Below, in pieces: positions 50,549 to 63,700 of a stretch of 64,000 nucleotides of DNA. The stretch is taken from the NCBI GenBank assembly GCA_977030845.1, contig OZ365110.1:18600001-18664000 (forward strand), given 5' to 3'. Every line of letters starts with the position of its first letter. Positions within the stretch are counted from its first letter, which is position 1. A program made the position numbers and the translations under genes. Under the pieces are notes generated by a model. It was given only the letters and a program-made list of their open reading frames with translations, searched no databases and was not told where the DNA came from. This DNA is from Fimbriosthenelais zetlandica (Eukaryota).

Positions 50549-53500
50549 CCGGGACCTGGAGTGTGCACCTATGGTCCACTAATGCCCACTCTTGTCCAGC
50601 CTAATAGTGGTAATTTGTCGTTGGTCAACTCTTAATTGCAGCACTGAGAGAACAATAGGGATAGAGAATTAGTCTTGGAAAGAAACACCATGAAGCATTA
50701 ATGATACATAATTGTGCTGACAGGAGAGGCTGGAAAGGCTTGGAAGTGTCTGGTAAAAAAGGAAGGGACATGCAGCCAGAAAGGCTAATTCGGCTGGGGC
50801 GTAGGCTAGCGGACCTCCTGTCGGGGAGAATAGCCAATACAACGCAGTGGACAGCGATGGGGAGGCGTAATTGGCTTCAATGTGCCGTGGCCTTCCCTCG
50901 GGCGTTGGAAATGGCCTTAAACATTCCGAACACTCTGAGCGATAATAAGGCAGATGGGAGCAAATGTACTTCTTATTTAATGGCTAAAACGGCTGCATAT
51001 AAGAGGAGCTGCAAACCAAGGCAATGCCCTTTATGGCTTTGCCACAAAATTTCCAACAAAGGATGCTAAAGCAGTTACAGACTAGTTATAAACTACATCA
51101 TCCAGTTGGATCAAATAGAGGCTAAATTAAAATCCTTGTAGCAGTTCATAGCAGATTAATGGAATAAAAATACACCTTCATTTTTAAGCAACTATCGTAA
51201 ATATACCCTCCAACTAGTTGTATGCGAGTAGTGACTTCATTTTTAAGCAAGAATTTTGTATTATAGAACTATAGGGGATATGCCACCAGTCAGACCTCAT
51301 GGGAAATGCTTAAACTCAGGCTCTGCATGGAAAGCTTATTTGTCCAGCTGATCCAGAAGATATGGATCAGCACGGGACAATAAATGGGCGGAGGTGTACT
51401 ATTGCCATCTATTGTGAATGGCTGAGAAAGGGGCAGAAACCAATGATAATTAGGCCTCTGGGAAGCTATTCACCATCATGGAAGAATAAAGATTGCTAGC
51501 TTTAGGAGCCGAGAGATTGAGGACATGGCAGATATGACCTCGGCCTCGCAATCCACCAGCTAACACTTCATTATTGGCGCGGTCATATGGGAAACACTAC
51601 ACCTGTTCTGGCTGTTACCCCCAATTTTACCTTATGCGCAAGTCGTTTACTCCTGACATTGCACAGAAAGATGATCTTCTTTCACTTGATTGGAAAAGCA
51701 TTGAAATGAATTACTTTCACTGTGAATGGTGACTAGACATTGGTTATTTGAGTCGGGCAATCCTAGGTGGCATCATTATTGGAGATTCTTTTTAAGTATT
51801 TGCATGCATGTCAAAATGAAAATGAGCTGACATTTATTTCTCATGAGATTTCTTAACCAAGCCATTGTCAGGGGTTTCTTTGCAGTATTATACTCGAGTC
51901 CTTTACAATTGCCCTAGTAGTCATATTTCTCTGACAATTATGGTGCATTATGAATATATCGTGAAATGATTCAAATTACCATCAGTTTATCAGCACCCTT
52001 CAACCATAAGTAATTGATATGACCTGAATTTAGATGTATGACAGCATTGAAATTCTATGACATCAATGCATATAACAGGCTTCACCATTTTTTTCAACAC
52101 TTGACCGTGTTCATTAATGTTCATTTTAACTATATCCATATGTAATTTAATATACAAAGGAAGAATAGATCTATAATAATTATGCTGTTTTCCTTAGTAA
52201 AATGTTGTTAAACATCAAGAATGGAGGTCGAGGAGGGGCTATTTCAATCTGAGCAGCTTCTCATTGATTACATTAGGAAAAGCAGTTGATGAAGCCAGGT
52301 GGGGATCCCAGAGGATGTATAGTGGTGGACCAGCGGCTCTCTACCGCCCATTCTATTCCTCTCCACCGTGTCCATTATGAGACCCTGGAGCAGTGGCCAT
52401 CAATCAGCCTGGGAAGCAATATCGAGTCTGGACCACCAAGGATTAGCCAGGACTGGCCCATATACAAGGCCAGGCCACTAAAGGCACCTGCCAACACTGA
52501 CCGCTCAACACCCTCCTGATTGTCCATCTCCCACTGGGCTGTCGCTTAGTTGAAAACATCATCACCTACCATGAAAACACTTATCAATGCCCTGGCTTGT
52601 ATACCCTTGTCTCATTTATAAAAGCAGGCATTGCTCCTGGGCAATATTGTTAACAAGGGACTGCTAAAGCTTCCCTTGTTGATATATATGCCAGTAAATT
52701 TGTTGGCTTCCCTTCTGGCTGTCCTGATCGCTGATCAAGAAAGACTGCTTGTACGACTAGCCAGCGAGGAGACGCACAGAGGTCCATTGATATCTGCTCT
52801 TGTACTAATGGCACGATACATTAACCTTCTCCTATCCTGGAGCACATATAATTCTTCTATGTCTGCCAGGGGTTTGTCTTCCATGGGCTTGTTACAGTTG
52901 CCTGTGGTACCGCTATTTAGGCAACCGAAACTATTAATCTTGGCCAACGTCAACATAACTGAAGCAAGCCGTACACTAATATCTATGGCTGTGCTTAACC
53001 TGTGCATACAGCGACTGAATATTTCCAGAGAGGCTATATATTACAGATAGCTGAACAAAGGTTTGGTTTCTGTACAAGTTGTACACGTTCCTCATTTACA
53101 TTAATCAGGGAACAATAACATAAACATGTCCATAGCGCAACCTTATGAAAGATTTGAGAAAGTATTCGCGAAATCCTTAAAAAATGTTCGAGACATTGCA
53201 AGCCGAATGAGACCACATTAATACTCAGGTCAGTCCCAAATAGCTCACCACGAGTAAAACTTTTAAGACCGCAAGTCTGGCCCATACAGGATTTATCAGA
53301 TTAAGTCACATAAGGTCATTAAGGAGATTGCCAGGTTGTTGCAGGTGGTGCTAAACTCGGTGCCCGGGGCAAAAGGCATGTCTCCTACAGTCTATAGTGG
53401 ACGCTGGAGGCTCAAATTGCCCGTTTCACTGAGGTATTGATAAAAATGCATTGTACATCACGATTAGCCCCTCCCAGCCTGGCTGTCTGGTGAGATTACC

Positions 53501-55989
53501 CTACCACGTTCCACCCGAGGCCTGCCATTTTTTGTCTGCTCAATGGATTTTTTCAAGCCCGGTCAGTTTTTTTTAGGAATGTCATCATCAGTGTCGAGTA
53601 TGGTCTAGTGGATTAGGTTCATCGAAGAGATTGTAGTCATGATGTTATTAATTGTATTAAGTATTTTATGCATCTGGTCACGAATTACTCCCCAGTCTAT
53701 ATAGTGAGAAATATAATAATTAACCTCGAATTACTTTGAATTCGGCTGTAAGGAAATTACATAGGTTCGTCATATATGGATAAAGTTCTGTCTCGCATAT
53801 AGATATTAGATAATATCATATAGATAATATCTCCTAATCTTCATTAGGCCTACTACATTTGTGTGGCATTTTGCAGTGCACAAACCATTGTCACACTATT
53901 TATCCTTAGAGCGAAACATTAGATCTTAATGTGACATAATAAGCCGAGTCAACATGAATATTGACTCATGTCAAACGTAATTCCGTTCAGCATTAGGCCT
54001 ACGTTAACTGTTCATCTACGTAGCAAAAATGCATAAAAGTTAATGTCGCTCTGTCTTTCGTCATTCAGCTAATAATATGAGGAAGGACTGTTAAGAAAGT
54101 TAGCACATAACAAACTTTCGAGAAAAAAAATAATCTGTCCATAAATTTCATGTCTTACGCCTTTGTATCACTGTATACAACAAATTATAAGTTGAAATTG
54201 ACTTTTTCATTTTTGTCAGGTCATATTGATGACTATAGTGTTGCTATCCTTTTCCAACCTATAAAGTTACAGATTAAAAGTGAAAGAGACCCCAATATAT
54301 ATCACGGTCCAAGCGAAACATCTGCCATCTTCTCACCTACATGTGTATTGATACAATGGACAAAAAAAATAATTTCAATGTGAAATCCACTTCCTGTTGG
54401 CTCGTGTCAATCCACCCATTTCTATCTGCTAAGCAATGACATTATAATGGATGTGAAATTTGATTTGTTTATTTTGGTAATGCCCAGCATGGTCATAATG
54501 ATGCGACATATCATTTACAATAATCCTGTCTCTCGCATTACACCACTGACAGTAACTTTATCCCGGGTTATAGATTTTTTTTACCTCGGGCCATCTCAAA
54601 GGTTGCAGTGACACGGTACATGTAATCATATTGAGTGATATTCCATTTACATATCGCTATCCACCAAAAGAAACACTGGTTCAAATCCTTATCATATTCG
54701 CTTAAATTCTGAACCAGAAAACGAAACGGACTCAGCTTGGGCTGTAAAGGGTCATGTTCATCTATAATGTAAATGATAGTTACAATTCCATTACATTTTC
54801 TCATAAAGCGGGTTTGAAAAGAGGCCAATTGCATTTCAAGAATGCAAATACTGACATTTCCATTGGAATTGCACAAACAGGAACTATTGGTAAATGTACA
54901 TGTATGTCAGAAAGGCAATGAGTCCAATGAGGGTGGACGCTATAGGCAATTGTCTTCAGTGAGTCAGGACCATATAGTCATATGGCTTTTGGGATAGCGA
55001 GGGTCACTGAGGGTGAAAGCCATTGCGATGCTGAGTGTGCTATAATATTATAACAGACAGCGCCAGGAGACAAAGGAGCACGTGTCATGCCCATTTCACC
55101 CGCTTGTTCACTCCCTCACACCTTGGGCCCAGATTAAATGACCCCGGTCACACTTCACTATGACCTGTTCCTTTCCCAGATGATCATTTTACTTGGTGAT
55201 GCCCTGTCTGAAACCATACCATACTAGCAATAAGTACAGTGAGAAGTGTGTTGGGGCATGACAGGCTCTGCATGCATCGGGGTGCCAGACCGCACTCAGC
55301 CAGTACAATTTCCATGAAATCTATAAAGTCAATAATCCACCGATTTCCATGGTTGAACAAATAGAAAAATTAAAGGTTTTTGTTTTGCAGTGCTGAGTCA
55401 GTCATTTAATATTCAACCGAGAATACCTCATTTTGAAACTGATACAACCGATACAACAGCAATCTGAAAGTCATTATTAAAACGGCCAGAAGCGATTGTC
55501 TGGAGAATATAATAATGTAATTATGCATTATATGTGAAAATATTAAATAGCTAATATATGAAGAAACTGCAATTGTGAAGTAAACTCCTTTTTAGTAGTA
55601 TATAGGAAGTTGACATTTTTCCAGGAAAGATGGTTTCGATTGACTGTTCAACATGGAGCGTGATCTCAACAAGACTGGATATTGCCATTGCTAAGACACA
55701 TGTGAAACTTGATCATACTGCATTGTAGAGGCACGAACACATAGGATTTAATTCCCTATATTGCCAGTGTTCATCGCCAAGCTGACCTTTTTCATCGGGA
55801 TTACGCCTATCGTTATTAATGCGTACGTAATCTAACTTTCTGGTTGGGGAATCAACAATACCTCAGGCCAGCATGTAAATGTCCCCAGTGTTTACCCTGT
55901 AGGCATTTAGGCCTCTAACAAAATGCACTGACGGCATATTGATATTTCTGGGCCTAATCATTGCGGGCTTGACCTATCAGTTTAGATGG

Positions 55990-56275
55990 CAGTGCCTAAG
56001 TCCAGCTGATCGCGTCTGTAAGGCCGTGTCAGCCTGTTCCCCTATATGCCACGTCAGACACGCTTTTGTCACGGATCCAGAACTAATGGTACGGAAATGA
56101 CATGACCTGGTGGTGGCCGATACAACATGGCCCCGTGATGAATGTTGCCATGTCAGGTTAGTCGGACCACCCACAGTGACACGTCAACCTTCTGATAGTT
56201 CACAGCCATCAGGTTCCCCAGACACCATATATAGACCACCAATACTGCCCTATAGCTGCAGCTATCTTGATTGAT
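55990..56275 (+). pseudogene. Possible decayed LINE AP-endonuclease fragment
   Basis: A single frame with one stop reads ...ELMVRK*HDLVVADTTW...TIYRPP, resembling D(I/L)xxITETW and IYRPP. The spacing is shorter than canonical. Confidence 0.25.
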
Positions 56276-56410
56276 GTCTGCTTCCACAGACACAGACACA
56301 GAAACACCCCTACAACGTAACATTTAGACATTTATTAAAAATTACCGATTTCACTTTTTCTCTATTTACGGCAATTCCTCATCAATTACAGGTTGCTGGC
56401 CAACTCCGAC

Positions 56411-56570
56411 CAGGCTGGAAATGATCAACTTTAGTTCAGTAACTGTTGAAGTTTAACTCGCCAGCAGGCCTAATTCTAGTTAAGGATTACTTCTAACACC
56501 TCACCAGCATAATCACCTGGCAGTTTTAACTCGCCACGGGCGATCGGGCGAGTGTTAATTTCCAGCCCTG
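56411..56570. mobile_element. ~160-bp hAT-like MITE remnant
   Basis: Left CAGG-CTGGAAAT versus right ATTTCCAGCCCTG (1-nt indel). Subterminal repeat TTTAACTCGCCA at 56452 and 56525. Flanks share only TCCGA, so the TSD is decayed or unproven. Confidence 0.5.
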
Positions 56571-59500
56571 TCCGATAAAATGAATAGGTACAGGCACCTG
56601 ACCTCCTAAATGCTCATATACATGTATACAGAATGTACATAGATTGGTAACATTCACTATATTAGGATTCAACTCAGAGTACATGCCGATCGAAAATTAG
56701 GACGTCATATTTGTGCGTAGACAACACAAGGGCAGTTAGAGAGTGGTGTGTGCCATTTCTTGTCTCGTATATATGTGCACCAGTACTCAGTGTATAAGAA
56801 GTGTCGCCTTGGGTGGTGTTAGGAGGCACAAATGACAAGAAATACACTCAGGGGTCCACATGGGAGAGGCAGAGGCGGGCATGTTTTAGGAATAATTCAC
56901 GGAGCAGGATTAGCTGAGGGACCATTGCCTGTTTCTTTGTCTTCGCCCCCAATTTGACAGCCTCGACATGAAGCCTTGCAGGTTATTGCGAGATTTGGGG
57001 TCACACGAGAGCCGGCGAGAGGTCAGGCTGGCAGGCACAGGTTTCGCCTCTAGACAAGTCACATGACCTGGACCCGAGATCCCACGTGAGGTCAGTCATT
57101 TGTCAAGGGCGCCAATTAGTTTGCAGCAGAAACTACTCCCCCTGTCGGCAGACGGTGTGGACGGAGCATTCAGCCTGCTTTTAAGGCGGCCCCACCAGGG
57201 AATGCAAGTGGGGCTGCTGGGGGCACTCTCTGACCCCCAAACTACTGGGTATTCACCCCGCGTCGCTGACCCCTGCATGAGTGAAAATGCAAGCATGTCG
57301 GTGAATAAACTGTGGCCCGACTTCTCGACATTAATGTCAAACGTCCCTCAATATTATGTTCGTTTCTAGGTCATGAGTTATAGAAGGGGAAGCTATAGGC
57401 AGCCACCTTCAATCTTGCCCCATATTAGGAACATAATCACAGGGCAGGCGCTACAAGAGATGCTTCAGGAGAGCCAGTCGTGACATTAAGATTATAGACG
57501 TGCGACTGAGGCGGACCTTAAGTCATATTGAGAAGCCATTAAGTTGCTTTCGCCTCCGGCTCGAGAAGTCTATAGTCCATGGCTGCCCGTGTCAGATCCC
57601 AAGTTGCTCAATATAGTCTGACCACTAATGGAGACAAAACGAATGGGCCAGGGCTGGGGGGCTGTAGGTGTCTCTCATTGGGTCAGCGTGCACGATCTGG
57701 CCTGATAAAACAACTGCCGTGTCACGTCTCCTGCGACTCTTCTGACAGCCATAGTGCGATGTGGAACATCAATGTGCATAATGTAGGAAGGTATCTCTGA
57801 GGATTTTCCTTCTTTATCGATCCATAAACCACCCAGGGCAACGAACATGGGTACCTCCATTATGCCTCTGCTAAAACGAAATAGTAAGAGTCATAGAAAA
57901 CTAAATTGGGGTCATCTAATGTCGGTCAAGTGCTCCTGTTGGAACATGCATCATTGATATGTGTATAATGTTGCTCCAGTGGCTGGAAGGATTAATATAT
58001 GACATGAGACTGTCACTGTGCAGCCATATCATGCTTATTTTAGTGCAGATAACTACTACGCAAAACATGTCTTCGTTTATTTGCAGTCTGAGCTAGTCAT
58101 TTCTCCCTAAGGTCATGATAATGATGATCTATATCTATATGTGGTTGCACATCCAAAATAGGCTTCCAGGATTCAGACTTACCCTAATGATAGCTAAGTA
58201 CATTTTTCTTATTTGTAACCAAAAGTCCTCTAAGTACAACTAGTGGTTCATGACCAATGTATTATTGATCCGCTATACTTTGGTAACACTTGACTATGAT
58301 TGAGGACCTCACAGAGATGTATTCTCAAGATCCTGGAGTGGGTCAGTCAGTCTATAGACATTCTCCTTATTGCGTAGTCTGTTCAGTTGCTCATCAATTT
58401 CCCGAGCATGGAGACCTACAATTGATTTGATTGAAAGTCCCGATCAGCTTTTTAGGGCTATTGCATTGAGAGGGTGAGGCGTGATCATCTCTGGTTGAAT
58501 TGCAACTGGTGTATTAGGCCTATAATCTTTGTCTAAATTGGATATGATACAATGAATGTCCTCAATTAGCATCATCTATACATCTAATGTTATATGTTTA
58601 CGATTAATTACGATTAATTGTCACATTTTAACGGGCAGCGCAATTTTCTAAATGTCAGGCGAAGGCATCCGACTTGAACAAAGTTGTCTATTCCTCATCC
58701 AGACATTTCTTTTTTGGTCATGTAAACCACAGGACTTCATTAATTTGTCCTTTGTAAATATCGCCCCGCAATGACGTGTTACACAGTGTTACAAGTTTAC
58801 GTAAATACTTGTAGGCATTTCTGCCCTATATGACATCATAAAATGAAAAGGAACGTATTTGTGCACGTACTTGATCCCATATAAATGTGTCTATATATGC
58901 ATGGCACTGAGCACACCTGTGTTCAAAGTAAGCTGAGCTCTCATTTGTCAAGGTTATCACCTTCTGCGTCAAGCTGCTGGATCCAATTCTTTGAGTTTTC
59001 CGCAGGTGATGACAGAAGTATCATTTTACCCCGGGCCGAACAGATCCCTTAGTGTCAATAGTAACACTGCACTTCCACTGCGCCTCCTCTTACAGTGGTT
59101 ATCATAAAATATAAGCCTGGCCTTTAAAGTCACACCTCTGGCTTTTAAGACATGATCCTCTAGTTCACCTCTCTCTACCTCCTTTAGCAGCAAGCTTTTG
59201 TATAAGGGCATGGAGATAATTAAAATTCCTTGTTTTTGTTCAAGCTAGATACTGCACTCTGCAGCCTTTGAAAGAGAATTATGCTCTAATCGACAGTCGA
59301 AAGAGACATTTAAGCGAGCGCTGAATGTCAGAGAGATGTTTCGGTTGCTTGCAGTGACAAAACAGTAGAGGAATCAGCTGAAACTTTGAATTTCTCTCAT
59401 TTTTTGAGTATCTAACAAGCATGGGCCATGTGTCATTTGTGAGTCTTTCATAGGGCAATGTTAATGTTATCTCGCCCTTCGTTTGGAGAGAGATGCGAGT

Positions 59501-62500
59501 ATCGTGTCCTATTACGGACTTGCAGTCACGTAATGATTGTCTGCAGGATTGAAAAGCTACCAAGTAGCCTAAGCCGGGGCTAAAAAGAGGCTTACAGTAG
59601 TGCCATCTTGAAGGCACTGGTGATTGGGGGTCTCTAATGTCGTACTAATGCATGCTAATCAAATCTCAAATTGACTAGACTCCTTTTTCCTCTAAAACAG
59701 CGGTACTTGTTCTAAAATGTGCCTGAAACGCCTCGACTAATGGCAGTCGAACGGTGTTGACATTTGGCGTAGCTAGTCCATGAAGTGACGCTCCCTTTTA
59801 TGAACTTTAAGAGTATTTTGGAATAAAAGGGGAGGCATTTAGATGGGAGGCTGCCTTAAACGGATTAAAGTTCGCATGGCCAGCATTGGATCTTGCTGTT
59901 GAATAAACTGCCAACTAATCCCATTATGTTGGCAGGGCGGTGCAGCCAGTGAGAAATGGGATGTGCAGTTGTAAGCTTACAAATTGGCTGCACACTTTGC
60001 TCCAGTACATTTCACCGTACGTTGTCATTAATGACTAATTTTGTCACCTCCCTGCTTTAGACCTAATGTTCTGGTCCCCAGTGAATAGCCTGCTAGCAGT
60101 GAATGTTGCATAATGGCACAAGCTGTCTCATTTCATTTCTCCTCAGAGGCTGTGACATACATGACCCAAATAGCGTCCGCCTCGGCCCCCTGCCCTGATA
60201 ATATCACTCACTTTGACACTTCACCTTGATGGATATACAGATTGGTATTGTCCCAGGCTGGCGTTGAGCTCCAAATAAAAGTAGATGAACTTGATAGGCG
60301 GCAACACTACAATGCTTCAATATTGAGTCATATCGATCGTCTGTCACGTCAGGATGAGTCCCTGCCAGTCCGGGCGACTGGACTACCCTGACATTAGTTT
60401 CTGTTTGTCTCGCCATTGTCTCTGATTTATCGCCGAAAAAAAGATAACATGGGGGAAGGGGTAGTATGTGGATGTTTCTATAAGAATGAGCACTCCCGGG
60501 GGAAAGGGAATCCAGTGCCTATAGGCATGGAAATATCATCACAGATTTTCTGAGAAATCTGCAAGGGGTGCTAAAATAAAAGGCCGCTTCGTTTTAGCGT
60601 TTGTCTTTGAAGTGTCGACTTGCTAGACTCATGCGATGCCTGACTGAGCCAGGGAATCAATTGTAATTATAAAGCAGACAAAAAAGTTGGGATTTGACAC
60701 TCAGTGACAATGGCATTTCCACCAAGAAGCTCCCGTTTATGAAAACCAAGCGGGCCTTTCAGAGCCTGCTTCATCATATGGCAGTTTCCAATCTTATAAC
60801 CTCTTTCTTGTATGATTTCGTGCTAGATACCCTGGCTAGCATCCTAATCAACATTTCTGATACTGAAAAGTAAGACGGAAATGAAGACAGTTTTCTTGTG
60901 CTCAGCACCCGTCCATCATCAATATTGGCAGAGCAACAGGATACCTCAAAATAGTTCCTTACATCAATATTATATTGTTCTGAATACCATTGCTGCAGTA
61001 TGGCATATATTGTAGCAGCTCATTAAGAACATAAAATAATTTCTCGTTCATGTTAAATTTGTTTGATAAGTTATTCACGAAAAATGAAAATCTGATTATG
61101 TGTTCAATGTATGTGTTACGCAGCTAGGAATATATCTTCTTTTCACATTATTTGCAGTCGATTCAATATGTCATATATTGGTTGTACAGTGACATTTGCC
61201 AATCTAAGTCCAACATTAAAATATAAACTTCTGCATATTTAAAAAAAATCATCTTTGATTCACTGTATCTTCATGGGAAATCGTGCGTGCCATGCACATT
61301 TACGCGAAATGAAAGAGAAAATTTCTGCTAGGATGAAATGTCAGCAGCACCCTATTCTATATGACAAGATTTCTTAGATCTATGGGTGGGTGAGATTGCT
61401 TTACTTGCGACATCCAGCTTATATCTTACATTGCCAGTCGCCTTATAAGAAAGAATTAAGCCTTGAAATAGGCTATTCCTCTGCCGTACTGCCGTGTAGG
61501 CAGCCTGTGATAACTATGCATCTTCATGTAGGAACCTATACTACTCACACTCGCATTGGGCGGTATAGTAAACTCGCTGTATTGCTTCGACAGAGCAGTG
61601 ACCCTCCGCTATGAGATTCGATAAGAAGAAGACAGCACATTCCCTGGGTAATATAAAGTTAATTCACAAGTAAAATATATCTTCTTTGATGGATCTTCAT
61701 CTTGATCAAGATCTTCCAGAGATCCAGACAGAGCTATATTTACCGGGAACAAAACAATGGAGCTATAGAGTATCAAGATTCATTTGTTCGCTGACTCAAT
61801 AGTCGATAAAATTGAATTTTAACCATTAACGTCCTTTTCGTTTTTCGGGATGAGCACTCAGGCACAGCTAGTGTATGACAAGTCAGTGAGTTAGAAAACG
61901 GGCCTGTGACCCGAGATAATAAACACGTCCTCAGGGACATGGCTAGGTCGTGCAACAAACAATCGCCCGGCCGTGTCATTTCTAGGACCGCGGGCCCGCA
62001 CGTTAACACCCGGTTCAGCCAATTTAGTCGCATGTAGCCTCGGTGACCCTCCGGCTGCCGCCATAAATATGAATTTGGTGTTCCATTCTGGCCTCTCTGC
62101 CCCGTGTGTGTCCCTTGCCGAATCTAGTAGAGGATGAGCCTGGCTGATCTCCTGGCCTCTGAGAGGGCCCGAGATTATAGCGAGATCCAAGGGAGGATTT
62201 ATCTTCCAGAGCAGCATACTCCAAGGGAGGTGTCCCCTTAGTATGGGATATATACTGACTGATAAGCCATCTTTGTGGGATCCCGTTTTGGGATGTGGCG
62301 ATACGCGGGCTCTCATACAAAGAGCAAAGAATGACACTGAACTTCGAGACAGCTTTGGGTATTAATGTACGGCTAAGTGATATATACAAGCCCGGGGGTC
62401 GGAGGGATTTTGTAACATAAACACTATAGGCTGCCTCAGTGTTGTAATCGATTCGGGGATTGATACGCTCATGCTCTCTCATTTATCATGGTATAAATCA

Positions 62501-63529
62501 CAATTAAGAGTCGCAGTGTTTTTTTTATGTATTAGTACATGGCACTGTCTGCACGGCAATATGGCCCAGAGTCTCTGGTGGTGATTACAGTTTTACTGGA
62601 CAATGACGGATGTGATTGTTTTATGGTTCGGCCTGTAACTGTTTTCATATTGATCAAACCAGTGAGGATTGCTGTGATTCCACGGCTTTATGAGCTTATT
62701 AACGGAGGGGTAGGTGCTTTTTTACGAGTAAGCTAAAAACTCATATTGAAGCGGCTCTTCTATAAGGCCCGGTGTGGGACCACCCTCGGTACATTTATTG
62801 TTGGCATGGCACTCTCATCAACCTAGCTGGATGTCTTTAAATCTTCATGAAATAGCTGCGTTTCACAGTGGGGTGTCATGAGGTGGGACTAGTTGTCTTT
62901 GTTCTATCATTTACTATAGAAAGAAGGTGAAACAATATGTCATGAAGAGGCCACCCAAACAGACTGGGTCACTAAAAGACCCGGTCTTGAACTTGAAGCC
63001 TCCTGCAAGGAGCTAACACAATCTGTAAGGGACAACATCCAGTCCTACTGCGATTTCCATTCTGATAGCTGTAAATATTTTATACTGAATTATTGTCTTA
63101 ATTCTTCTATGTGCAGGCAGCTGGCTCATGAAGGAAAATGTCAAGTTGAAGCTTGATGGTCAGGAATGACCTCTTTCCTTATCATTGTGCCAGCACAAAG
63201 GACATGACCTGATGCCTCTAAATGTCCTAATATTCACCCCCGGCTTCACCTATTGCTCCACCCTAGTCCCTCCAATTTTTTCCTGCTTTCATCATGTCCA
63301 CTCACGCTTGACCACACCCCAGTCGTCATAAGAAAACGCCTAGAGGCTGTCATAGATTTCATTAACTCTCATCAAAGACTCCATTTGCTGGGGTTCCGAG
63401 TGTTTGATTGCTGACCAAGCCGCGTCGAGCTAACATGGCTGTAGGCGGGGTTCCACTCGTTTCTTAGGTCATAATGTCACACAATCTAACCTGGCTGACC
63501 AAGCTACTGCTGCCGTCCATCACCCCCAA

Positions 63530-63700
63530 CGCCCAAACACCACCCTCAGCAAAATCTCCACCACTCCAACCTCTCCCCACCCCCTCCCCCAATCTCTCAA
63601 TCCTTTATCATCCACCTCCCTCCTCCCCTCCTGCATGCTCTCTCTATCTCCCCCATCCTACTCTCTCTATCTCTCTCTCTCCCTCTTTTCCTGCTCTCAC
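63530..63700. repeat. C/T-rich low-complexity tract with degenerate (CT)n
   Basis: C-runs followed by ctctctctatctctctctctccctc. This explains the Pro/Ser/Leu-rich ORF 63474..63752. Confidence 0.8.

Noticed and set aside
50660-50990. Minus-strand frame with CSECLRPFPTPEGRPRH, a partial C2H2 zinc finger
   Set aside because: It lacks the conserved Leu and the second His, has no start codon, and has no clear splice sites.
51176-51250. 16-bp direct repeat CTTCATTTTTAAGCAA separated by 43 nt (superficially CRISPR-like)
   Set aside because: Only two short copies in a eukaryotic context with no cas genes; a simple local duplication.
52631-53050. 139-aa Leu-rich plus-strand ORF and overlapping 90-aa minus-strand ORF
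   Set aside because: Non-ATG start, no motifs and no splice context. The minus frame only faintly resembles a LINE ORF2 linker; not supportable.
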